Shown here: positions 42,754-50,428 of the stretch, piece by piece
Layout of the letters: every line of letters starts with the position of its first letter
Position numbering within the stretch: position 1 is the first letter of the stretch
From: Gemmatimonadales bacterium
GTDB taxonomy: Bacteria > Gemmatimonadota > Gemmatimonadetes > Gemmatimonadales > GWC2-71-9
Direction of reading: 5' to 3'
DNA length: 64,000 nt
NCBI GenBank assembly: GCA_050733195.1
Contig: JBOHSH010000021.1
Span: 14,387 to 78,386, forward strand
Position numbers and translations under genes: made by a program
The notes under the pieces: model-generated
What the model was told of the DNA's origin: nothing
Databases searched by the model: none
The model's input: the letters and a program-made list of their open reading frames with translations, nothing else

Positions 42754-43707
42754 GTGTCTCGACCGCACGCAGGCACTCGCGTTCTCCTCGTCGCCAAGTT
42801 CAACCCGAGGTACCACCGCACCGGCGGGGTTCTGCGCGAGGCGCTCGAAGGCCTGGGATGCGACGTGGCGATCTGCGAGGAGCGGACCCGGGGGCTCGAC
42901 GCCCTCCTGCGCCGCTCGCTCGGGCGCCGCCTCCGCGAGACGATCGGCCGGCACCGTCCCGATCTCGTCCTCGTGTTCAAGGGCGGCTCGCTCCCTCCCG
43001 AGGTGATCGACGCGGTCCGGCCGTGCGGCACGGCGCGCTGGGCGAACTGGTGGCCGGACAGTCCGCATCTGCTCGATCTCTCCCTCACCATCGGTCGTGC
43101 CTACGACCGGCTCTTCCTCTTCGACACGTCCATGGTGGCGCGCCATCGGGAGCTGGGCCGGTGGGCGGAGTACCTCGCGGAAGGCTGTGAGCCGGCCTAC
43201 CACCGTCCGCTGCCGGACGCGCGGATGCCGCGGACCCCGATCGCGTTCGTGGGCTCGATCGAGGATCAGCGCGCCCGCGCCCTCGCGGTCGTGGAGGACC
43301 TGGGACTTTCCGTGTGGGGTCCGGGATGGCCGCGGGGGCCGCTCTACGGCGACGACTTCGTCCGCGCGTTCTCCCACGCCGATGTGGCGCTCAACATCCA
43401 CCAGTTCTTCGGCGATCCGCCCGAGAGCGGGCGCTACGGGACCGGCGCGAACCGGCGGGTGTTCGAGCTCGCGGCCATCGGCACGGTGCAGCTCGCCGAC
43501 GCGAAGGCCGACATCACCCGGAGCTTCGCCGAGGACCGGGAGATCGTCCTCTTCCGGACGCCGGCCGAGCTGCGCGAGCGGGCGATCGCCCTCCTGGCCG
43601 ACGAGCCCCGCCGAATGGAGGTCGCCGCGCGCGCCCGAGACCGCGCGCTCCGCGAGCACACCTGGAGCCACCGGCTGGACGAGCTCCTCGCCCGGGCGCT
43701 CGCATGA
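42754..43707 (+). CDS. CgeB-like glycosyltransferase (DUF3880 / Glyco_trans_1_2 type), copy 2
   Basis: WANWWPDSP, IAFVGS, LNIHQ, NRRVFELAAIG, EHTWSHR. Same block order as copy 1. Confidence 0.65.
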   Translation: MSRPHAGTRVLLVAKFNPRYHRTGGVLREALEGLGCDVAICEERTRGLDALLRRSLGRRLRETIGRHRPDLVLVFKGGSLPPEVIDAVRPCGTARWANWWPDSPHLLDLSLTIGRAYDRLFLFDTSMVARHRELGRWAEYLAEGCEPAYHRPLPDARMPRTPIAFVGSIEDQRARALAVVEDLGLSVWGPGWPRGPLYGDDFVRAFSHADVALNIHQFFGDPPESGRYGTGANRRVFELAAIGTVQLADAKADITRSFAEDREIVLFRTPAELRERAIALLADEPRRMEVAARARDRALREHTWSHRLDELLARALA

Positions 43708-44570
43708 CACTTTCGGGCTTCGCCATCGTCCGCGACGCGACCCGCCTCGATTTCCCGATCGAGGCGAGCCTCGGCTCGATTCTGCCGTTGTGCGACGAGC
43801 TCGTGGTGAACGTCGGCCGGTCCGACGACGGCACGCTCGAGCGCGTCCGCGCGATGGGCGATCCCCGCATCCGCATTCTCGAGACCGAGTGGGACTTCAC
43901 CGTGGGTGAGGCGCTGCTCCGCACCGAGACGCTGCGCGCGATGCGGGCCTGCCGCAACCCCTGGGGACTCGGTATCCAGGCCGACGAAGTCCTCCACGAG
44001 GACGGCCTCGATCCGCTGCGCGACGCCATCGAGCGTGCCCGTGCCGACGACCGCGCGGACGGCGTCGCGCTCCGCTACCGCCATCTCTTCGGAAGCCCCG
44101 ACCTCGAGGCGGTGAACCGGCGCTGGTACCGGCGCGAAGTCCGCGCCGTGCGACTCGACCTCGCGCGCGGCGTCATGCCGTTCCGCGACGCGCAGGGCTT
44201 CCGGGTCGAGCCGGGACACCGCCGGGTGCGGGCGGTGCTGTGCGAGGCGGAGATCTTCCACTACGGCTGGCTGCGCTCCGCCGCGGCGCTCCGCGCGCGC
44301 GGCGAGGTGGACCGGCGGCTCTATCCCGGCCGCTGGGTGCCGCCGCGGCAGGAAGCCGCGGTGCTCCGCTGGTTCCCCGGACTCCGCCCCTTTCGCGGGC
44401 GACATCCGGCGATCGTCCGGGAGTGGGTCGAATCCCGGCGGCACGATCCCGATCGCGTGGTGACTCCGCCCTACTTCGAGCTGGAGCACATTCGCTTCTA
44501 TCTCTCCGACGCGCTCGAGCGGGTGCTCGGCGTACGGCCGTTCGAGTTTCGGAACTACGAGCCGGTGTGA
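43704..44570 (+). CDS. Glycosyltransferase (GT2-like family commonly annotated in LPS/EPS loci)
   Basis: Tail of ORF 43314..44570 from the ATG at 43704 (ATGA overlap). SGFAIVRDATRLDFPIEASLGSILPLCDELVVNVGRSDDGT, QADEVLHE, WYRREVRAVR, RDAQGFR, HYGW. I recall this block pattern from a widespread GT2-annotated family. Confidence 0.6.
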   Translation: MTLSGFAIVRDATRLDFPIEASLGSILPLCDELVVNVGRSDDGTLERVRAMGDPRIRILETEWDFTVGEALLRTETLRAMRACRNPWGLGIQADEVLHEDGLDPLRDAIERARADDRADGVALRYRHLFGSPDLEAVNRRWYRREVRAVRLDLARGVMPFRDAQGFRVEPGHRRVRAVLCEAEIFHYGWLRSAAALRARGEVDRRLYPGRWVPPRQEAAVLRWFPGLRPFRGRHPAIVREWVESRRHDPDRVVTPPYFELEHIRFYLSDALERVLGVRPFEFRNYEPV

Positions 44571-44571
44571 C

Positions 44572-45582
44572 GTGAACGACGTTCGCTGGTTCGCTCCCAA
44601 CCGGTACTGCACGCTTCCGGCGACCCGGCTCGAGGCCATGGGGTTCACGGTGGCCCTGGAGGGCGAGGCCCCGGCGCGGCTGGCGCTCGCGGCGGACGGC
44701 GAATGTGCCGTCGCCGCCTACGAGTGGGCGCACCGGCACGGCGTGCCGCTCGGTCTCTATGTCTGGGATCTCCCGCCGTGGCGACTCGGCAGGGGACGCC
44801 CCGATCTCGTCCTCGACCTGGGCGGCCGTCTCCGCACCGTGCCCAGTCCGCTGCTGCGCTATCCCGGCCGGCCGGGGCACTACAGCCGGCTCCGCTTCGT
44901 GGCGCGGCGCGCGGCGGCCGTCTGGTGTCCCTCGAGTCAGACCGCCGCGGACCTGGCCGCGCGCTTCGGGGTGCGGGCGGCCGTGGTGCCCTTCTGCTAC
45001 GACAGCGACCGCTTCACCCGCGACTCAGCGCCGGAACGGCCCTGGAAGGTCGCGCTCGGCCGCGCGGCCCGGCCCATCGTCCTCGCGGTCTCCCGCCTCG
45101 TGCCGCACAAGAACCACGCGGCGCTGATCCGGGCCGCCGCGGGATGCCTCCCCAAGCCGCTGGTTCGTCTCGTGGGTCGGGGGCCGGAGGCTCCGGGCCT
45201 TCGCGCTCTGGCGCGCGATCTCGGCGTGCCGGTCGATCTCGAAGACCGGTGGGCGACCGACGAGGAGGTGCTCCGGGCCTACCGCGCGGCGGATCTGGTG
45301 GTCGCGATCAGCCGCTTTGAGGGCTTCGGGCTCACCCCGCTCGAGGCGCTCGCCTGCGGAGTGCCGGTCGTGGCCTCCGATATTCCGCCGCACCGCGAAG
45401 CGCTGGGTGCGCGGGTGGGCCTCGTGCCGCTCGATGACCCGGCCGCCCTGATCGACGCCATGGGCACGGCGCTGCGTACCCCGCCGGATCGCGTGCCCGA
45501 GCCGCCGGTTGCGCTCACCATCGACGCCTGCGCCGCGCGCTTCCGCGACCGCCTGCTGGATCTGCTCGGCCGCGTAGCATGA
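44572..45582 (+). CDS. Glycosyltransferase family 4 (GT-B)
   Basis: C-terminal GT1 core: LAVSRLVPHKNH, ISRFEGFGLTPLEALACGVPVVASD. GTG start 1 nt after the upstream stop. Confidence 0.75.
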   Translation: MNDVRWFAPNRYCTLPATRLEAMGFTVALEGEAPARLALAADGECAVAAYEWAHRHGVPLGLYVWDLPPWRLGRGRPDLVLDLGGRLRTVPSPLLRYPGRPGHYSRLRFVARRAAAVWCPSSQTAADLAARFGVRAAVVPFCYDSDRFTRDSAPERPWKVALGRAARPIVLAVSRLVPHKNHAALIRAAAGCLPKPLVRLVGRGPEAPGLRALARDLGVPVDLEDRWATDEEVLRAYRAADLVVAISRFEGFGLTPLEALACGVPVVASDIPPHREALGARVGLVPLDDPAALIDAMGTALRTPPDRVPEPPVALTIDACAARFRDRLLDLLGRVA

Positions 45583-46787
45583 CGCCGCGGCCGGATCTCC
45601 TGCTCACGTTCGACTTCCCGCCGATGGGAGGCGGGATCGCGCGGTGGATGGCCGAGCTCGCTCTGCGCTATCCGGCCGGCGAGCTGATCGTCTCCACCGG
45701 GCAGCCCGACACGCCGGCCGACGATGCCAGGTTTCCGAACCGGATCGACCGGCTCGCCCTGCCGTCGCGACGGCTCAAGACGCTGGCCGGTCTCGTGCTC
45801 TGGTCGCGGCGGGTGACGACCATCCTGCACGACGAAGCGCCGGGGTTCCTCTGGTGCGGCAACCTCCGTCCCGCCGCCTATCCGGCAAAGTGGGCGCACG
45901 AGCGGAGTGGGATTCCGTACGGGGTCATGGTGCACGGGGGAGACCTGCTTGGCCTGCGACACAACTACCGCGAATCCCGGGTGAAGCGCCTGGCCGCGCG
46001 GACGCTGCTCGGGTCCGCCGAGGTGCTGGTGGCCAACAGCCGATGGACCCACGATGTCGCGTGTGAAGTGCTGCGCGAGCTGGGTCTCGCGGATCGCACG
46101 CTCCGGGTCCGGGTCGTTCCGCTCGGCACGGATCCGGACGTGTTCCGGCCGGGTCTCGATCCCGCACCGCTCGTGGCGAGCCACCGTCTTCCGCCGGGCC
46201 GATGGCTCACCACCGTCGCCCGTCTGGTGCCGCACAAGGGGATCGACACCACCATCCAGGCGCTCGCGATCCTCGGGGCCGAGTTTCCCGAGCTCCACTA
46301 CGCGATCGTGGGGGAGGGAAGTCATCAGCCGTCCCTGGAAACGCTCGCCGCCGAAGCCGGCGTCGGCAGCCGCGTGCATTTCCTCACCGACGTGACGGAC
46401 GAGATGCTGCCGTTCGCCTACGCGCTCTCCGATGTCTACGTCGGCGTCTCACGGCAGACGGCCAGGGACGTGGAAGGATTCGGGATCGCGCTGCTCGAAG
46501 CCTCGGCGTCGGCCCGGCCCGTGGTGGCGGGCCTGTCGGGCGGAATGCCGGACGCGGTGAAGGACGGGGAGACGGGATTCCTGACGAACTCCGAGGACCC
46601 GGCGGCGGTGGCGTCGGCGATCGCCCGAATCCTCCGGGACCCCGCCCTCGCCCGTCGGCTCGGGGCGGCGGGGCGGGGGGCGGTGGAGAGCTTCTACAAC
46701 TGGGACCGCGTGGTCGGCGATCTCCGGGCCCTCAGCGCGACGGCGGCACCGGCTCGGCCGCGATCGCGCGGGTCGGGCAGGCCGTGA
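45579..46787 (+). CDS. Glycosyltransferase family 4 (PimB/RfaG-like)
   Basis: FDFPPMGGGIARWM, VARLVPHKGID, EGFGIALLEASASARPVVAGLSGGMPDAV.DGETGFL. 4-nt overlap with the upstream gene. Confidence 0.8.
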   Translation: MTPRPDLLLTFDFPPMGGGIARWMAELALRYPAGELIVSTGQPDTPADDARFPNRIDRLALPSRRLKTLAGLVLWSRRVTTILHDEAPGFLWCGNLRPAAYPAKWAHERSGIPYGVMVHGGDLLGLRHNYRESRVKRLAARTLLGSAEVLVANSRWTHDVACEVLRELGLADRTLRVRVVPLGTDPDVFRPGLDPAPLVASHRLPPGRWLTTVARLVPHKGIDTTIQALAILGAEFPELHYAIVGEGSHQPSLETLAAEAGVGSRVHFLTDVTDEMLPFAYALSDVYVGVSRQTARDVEGFGIALLEASASARPVVAGLSGGMPDAVKDGETGFLTNSEDPAAVASAIARILRDPALARRLGAAGRGAVESFYNWDRVVGDLRALSATAAPARPRSRGSGRP

Positions 46788-47793
46788 GGAGATAGTCGCC
46801 GATCGGCGACCACCACTGTCGCTCGACCCGCACTTCGGCGATGCCGTCCGGGCGCAGGCGAAAGGTGTCCGGCGCGCGCGCCACGCACACGCCGCAGCCG
46901 ACGCACTTGGCGGCATCCACCGAGACCCGCATCTCGCGCTGGGGATGGATGCCGTGCGGAAGCTCGTTCAGCTCCTTCGGCAGGAGGTCCAGGGTCTCGA
47001 TGGTCGCCCGATAGCCTTCGGCAATGAGGAAGGGGGTGCGATTGAAGGCGAACATCGAGATCCGCGCCACGCGCGGGCGGATGAGCACGATGGGCGGATC
47101 CGTCCATTCGCGGAGATGCTCGCCGGCGAGGCTCTGCATGACGATCTCGAGGCCCCGGCTGTAGGTCGCCGCGAAGCCCATCCGCTCGATACCCGCCCGC
47201 TCGACCCGGGCGCCGCCGATGTCGACCGCGATGATCGGGGACCGGCTCACGGCGACGGCCGCGCGCACCGGAAGGTTCTCCACCACCGCGCCGTCTACGC
47301 ACACCCGGCCGTCGATGGCCCGGGGCGGAAGGATCCCGGGGAGCGCGCAGGACGCGAAGACCGCGTCGGCGACCTTCACGCCGTCGAGCCCCGGCAGGCC
47401 CCAGAGGACCTGCTGGCCGGTGTTCAGGTCGACGGTGTTCACGATGAGGCGCCGCGGGAGCTCGCGGAACGTGACGTCGCCCACGAGACCATGGATCAGG
47501 GCATCCAGCGGCTCCCGGCGATAGACGGCCGGCGCGAGCATCCGGCGGAGCGCCATGTCCAGGTGGGCGATCCGGAAGATGTCCGTCCGCTGGACCGCGA
47601 GCGCCCGGTTCTCCATTTCCTCGATGCTCTGGCCGCGGGCCCACGCGGCCGCGACCAGCGAGCCCATGCTGCAGCCGATCACCGCCTGGGGATGAAGACC
47701 CCGCTCCGCGAGCGCGCGGAACACGCCGATGTGGGCGAGCCCCTTGAGCCCGCCGCCGCCCAGCACCAGCGTGAATTGAGACGGTGCGTCCAT
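46732..47793 (-). CDS. Patatin-like phospholipase fused to a C-terminal single-cluster ferredoxin domain
   Basis: Patatin motifs LGGGGLKGLAHIG, GCSMGS (GxSxG) and VDGAV (catalytic Asp). The C-terminal ~65 aa read VDAAKCVGCGVCVARAPDTF...ACPTRAI (CxxCxxC...CP). No stop codon lies between the two parts. Confidence 0.8.
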   Translation of the reverse strand: MDAPSQFTLVLGGGGLKGLAHIGVFRALAERGLHPQAVIGCSMGSLVAAAWARGQSIEEMENRALAVQRTDIFRIAHLDMALRRMLAPAVYRREPLDALIHGLVGDVTFRELPRRLIVNTVDLNTGQQVLWGLPGLDGVKVADAVFASCALPGILPPRAIDGRVCVDGAVVENLPVRAAVAVSRSPIIAVDIGGARVERAGIERMGFAATYSRGLEIVMQSLAGEHLREWTDPPIVLIRPRVARISMFAFNRTPFLIAEGYRATIETLDLLPKELNELPHGIHPQREMRVSVDAAKCVGCGVCVARAPDTFRLRPDGIAEVRVERQWWSPIGDYLLTACPTRAIAAEPVPPSR

Positions 47794-47810
47794 TCAGGGA
47801 TATTACTTCC

Positions 47811-48635
47811 GTGTCAGCTCATCCCGCCCGGCTTCTCGACGACCGGCGACTCCTGGCCGGTCTCCTGCTCCTCGGACTCGTCATCCTGGCGGGCGTCTTC
47901 GCGCCCTGGCTCGCCCCCGCCGACCCCGTCGCGGGCGACCTCGCGGCCTACCTCAGAGGCCCGGACGCGGACCATCTGCTGGGTACGGATTCCCAGGGCC
48001 GCGACGTCCTGAGCCGGGTGCTCTACGGGGCACGCATCTCCCTCGTCGTGGGGCTCGTTTCCCAGAGCGTGACCCTGCTGCTCGGGGTGACCTTGGGCCT
48101 GCTCGCGGGGTGGTACGGCCGTTGGGTCGAGTCGGGGATCATGCGGTTCGCCGACGTCACGCTCGCCTTCCCGACGCTGCTCCTCTTGATCGCGATCGCG
48201 GCCGCGGTTCCACCCTCGCTCACGGTCACCTTTGCCGTCATCGGATTCGTGGGCTGGGCGGCGATGGCCCGGCTGGTGCGGGGCCAGGCGCTGGTCCTGC
48301 GGGAGACGGAATACGTCGCGGCGGCTCGGGCGCTCGGCGCCCCCGCGCGGCGCATCCTGCTTCGGCATCTCCTCCCCAACCTCCGCGCCCAGGTGATCAT
48401 CGCCGCCACGCTCGGCGTCGCGGCGGCCATGATGGCGGAGGCCGCGCTCTCGTTCGTCGGGCTGGGTGTGCAGCCGCCCACGCCGAGCTGGGGCAGCATG
48501 GTCGCGGAAGGCCGGGACCTCCTGCGGGTGGCCCCCTGGGTCTCGGTGGCGCCGGGTCTTGCGCTGGGCGCCGCGGTGCTCGGCCTCAACCTCGTGGGCG
48601 AAGGCCTCCGGGAGCGCTGGGAGCCGAGACGGTGA
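47811..48635 (+). CDS. Peptide/nickel ABC transporter permease, DppC/OppC-like (orphan)
   Basis: LLGTDSQGRDVLSRVLYGARISL, AFPTLLLLIAIAA, YVAAARALGA...LLRHLLPN. The GTG at 47811 is preferred; the track start at 47784 would overlap the divergent patatin gene. Confidence 0.8.
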   Translation: MSAHPARLLDDRRLLAGLLLLGLVILAGVFAPWLAPADPVAGDLAAYLRGPDADHLLGTDSQGRDVLSRVLYGARISLVVGLVSQSVTLLLGVTLGLLAGWYGRWVESGIMRFADVTLAFPTLLLLIAIAAAVPPSLTVTFAVIGFVGWAAMARLVRGQALVLRETEYVAAARALGAPARRILLRHLLPNLRAQVIIAATLGVAAAMMAEAALSFVGLGVQPPTPSWGSMVAEGRDLLRVAPWVSVAPGLALGAAVLGLNLVGEGLRERWEPRR

Positions 48636-48658
48636 CGGGTGACCGGTAACCGGTAACC
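48631..48658. repeat. GGTNACC-type heptamer array (GGTGACG GGTGACC GGTAACC GGTAACC)
   Basis: Read directly from the sequence. The permease TGA lies in unit 1, and TGA/TGA/TAA/TAA at 7-nt spacing cover all three frames. Confidence 0.9.
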
Positions 48659-48673
48659 GAAGGCCCCGGCCGT

Positions 48674-48973
48674 CTACTTCTTCGCGACCGTCTCTTCCTT
48701 CAGCACCTTCTTGGAGAACCAGAACACGAGCAGCGCGACGATCAGAAAGTCCACGATCGCCGCGAGCAGGGGACCCACCTTGAATTCCTGCCCGCCGATG
48801 ATCGCGCCCCAGGTCTTCCAGTCGCCCCCGATGGGGATGAGGCCGATGACCGGCATCAGCAGCCCGTCGACCAGCGCGGTGACGAGGCCGTTGAGCTTGC
48901 CGCCGATGATCACCGCGATGGCGAGGCCGATGATCCCGTAGGTCCTCAGGAACGCCATGAACTCCCGGCCCAT
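48674..48973 (-). CDS. mscL: Large-conductance mechanosensitive channel, short form
   Basis: FLRTYGIIGLAIAVIIGGKLNGLVTALVDGLLMPVIG and FLIVALLVFWFSKK are the MscL TM1 and TM2 patterns. At 99 aa it lacks the usual C-terminal helix. Confidence 0.8.
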   Translation of the reverse strand: MGREFMAFLRTYGIIGLAIAVIIGGKLNGLVTALVDGLLMPVIGLIPIGGDWKTWGAIIGGQEFKVGPLLAAIVDFLIVALLVFWFSKKVLKEETVAKK

Positions 48974-49005
48974 AAAGCACTCCTTGCAGGGGTGGAAGGG
49001 GCCCG

Positions 49006-50271
49006 CTAAGGCCTGACCGCTACCAACGCGTAGTGGCGCCGTCCTTTCTGCAGCACGATGTAGCCGCCCGCCAGCACGTCGTCGGGCCCGAGCTTGCGGT
49101 CCGCGGCGGTCTTCTCGCCGTTCACCGCGAATCCGCTCTGCGCGAGCCCCCGGCGGGCATCCGCCTTGGAGGAGGCCAGACCGGCACCCACGAGGGCGTC
49201 GGCCAGCGGAACGCCGCTCTCGATATCGGCCGACCGGACCGAGTGCACCGGCACCTCGCCGCTCACCACGCGAAAGGTCTCCTCGTCTGCCGACCGGAGG
49301 TCGCCGCCGCCGAACAGGATCTCGCTCGCGGCGGTCACCCGGGCGGTGGTCGCCCTGCCGTGCACGGTCGCGGTGACCTCGCGCGCCAGCCGCCGCTGGG
49401 CGGGCCGGCGGCCGGGGTCGGTGGCCTGCTCGCGCATGATCCCGGAGATCTCCTCCAGCGGGAGAAAGGTGAAGATCCCGAGCAGGCGCTCCACGTCCCG
49501 GTCGTCGGTGTTGAGCCAGAACTGATAGAAGCGGTACGGGCTCGTGAGCGCGGGGTCGAGCCAGACGTTCTCGCCCTCGCTCTTCCCGAACTTGACGCCC
49601 GAAGCGGCGGTGAGCAGCGGGCAGACGAGCCCGTGCGCCGCCGCGCCTTCACGGCGCGCGATCAGCTCGATCCCGGCGGTGATGTTCCCCCATTGATCGC
49701 TCCCGCCGAGCTGGAGCTCGCATCCCTCGGTCCGGAACAGGTGATGGAAGTCGTGGGCCTGGACCAGCATGTACGCGAACTCGGTGAACGAGATTCCCGT
49801 CTCCATGCGGGCCCGGACCGATTCCTTCTGCAGCATGTAGTTGACGGTGAAGTGCTTCCCCGTCTCCCGGAGGAAGTCGAGCAGCGGCAGCGGCCGGAGC
49901 CATTCGGCGTTGTTGAGCAGCCGGGCGGCGTTCTTGCCTTCGAACGAGACGAACCGCTCGAGCTGCGCCCGCATGGCCGCGGCGTTGGCCTCGATCTGCT
50001 CCCGGGGGAGCACCGGCCGCTCGCTGCGCTTGCCGCTCGGGTCACCCACCATCCCGGTGCCTCCACCGACCAGCGCGATCGGGCGGCCGCCGAGCCGCTG
50101 CAGCCAGGCGACCGCCATCACCGGCACAAGGTTCCCCACATGCAGCGACTCGGCCGTCGGGTCGAAGCCGACGTACCCGGTAATGGGGCCCGCGGCGAGA
50201 CGGGACGCGAGGTCCGGCGTCGCGTCCTGGACCAGGCCGCGCTCGGTCAGAACTTCGAGAAGGGAGGGCAC
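49006..50271 (-). CDS. tyrS: Tyrosine--tRNA ligase
   Basis: [16 protein letters not shown] (HIGH), KFGKS (KMSKS) and a C-terminal S4 domain. The GTG start at 50271 is preferred over the ATG at 50307. Confidence 0.9.
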   Translation of the reverse strand: MPSLLEVLTERGLVQDATPDLASRLAAGPITGYVGFDPTAESLHVGNLVPVMAVAWLQRLGGRPIALVGGGTGMVGDPSGKRSERPVLPREQIEANAAAMRAQLERFVSFEGKNAARLLNNAEWLRPLPLLDFLRETGKHFTVNYMLQKESVRARMETGISFTEFAYMLVQAHDFHHLFRTEGCELQLGGSDQWGNITAGIELIARREGAAAHGLVCPLLTAASGVKFGKSEGENVWLDPALTSPYRFYQFWLNTDDRDVERLLGIFTFLPLEEISGIMREQATDPGRRPAQRRLAREVTATVHGRATTARVTAASEILFGGGDLRSADEETFRVVSGEVPVHSVRSADIESGVPLADALVGAGLASSKADARRGLAQSGFAVNGEKTAADRKLGPDDVLAGGYIVLQKGRRHYALVAVRP

Positions 50272-50325
50272 GGGGCAACAGTAGGGGGATGAGCGGGAAG
50301 CGGTCAATGTGTAGGGGGAGCGTGG

Positions 50326-50413
50326 GTGCTGAGTTCTGAGTTCTGGGTTCGAGCGCCTGCCGGGGTGTCATTCGCCGATCATGGCCGGATCCCAGAACTC
50401 AGAACCCAGAACC
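50326..50413. repeat. Heptamer array with inverted arms (4 x GTKCTGR-type, 39-nt core, 3 x CAGAACY)
   Basis: Read directly from the sequence. It lies in the divergent tyrS/PBP1A spacer and ends 15 nt before the PBP1A ATG. Confidence 0.9.
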
Positions 50414-50428
50414 CCTTACTTTTCCCCC

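Noticed and set aside
50272-50428. T-box or other leader element upstream of tyrS
   Set aside because: The spacer is dominated by the heptamer array. I see no specifier-loop or T-box-like sequence, and that mechanism is not expected outside Firmicutes-like lineages.
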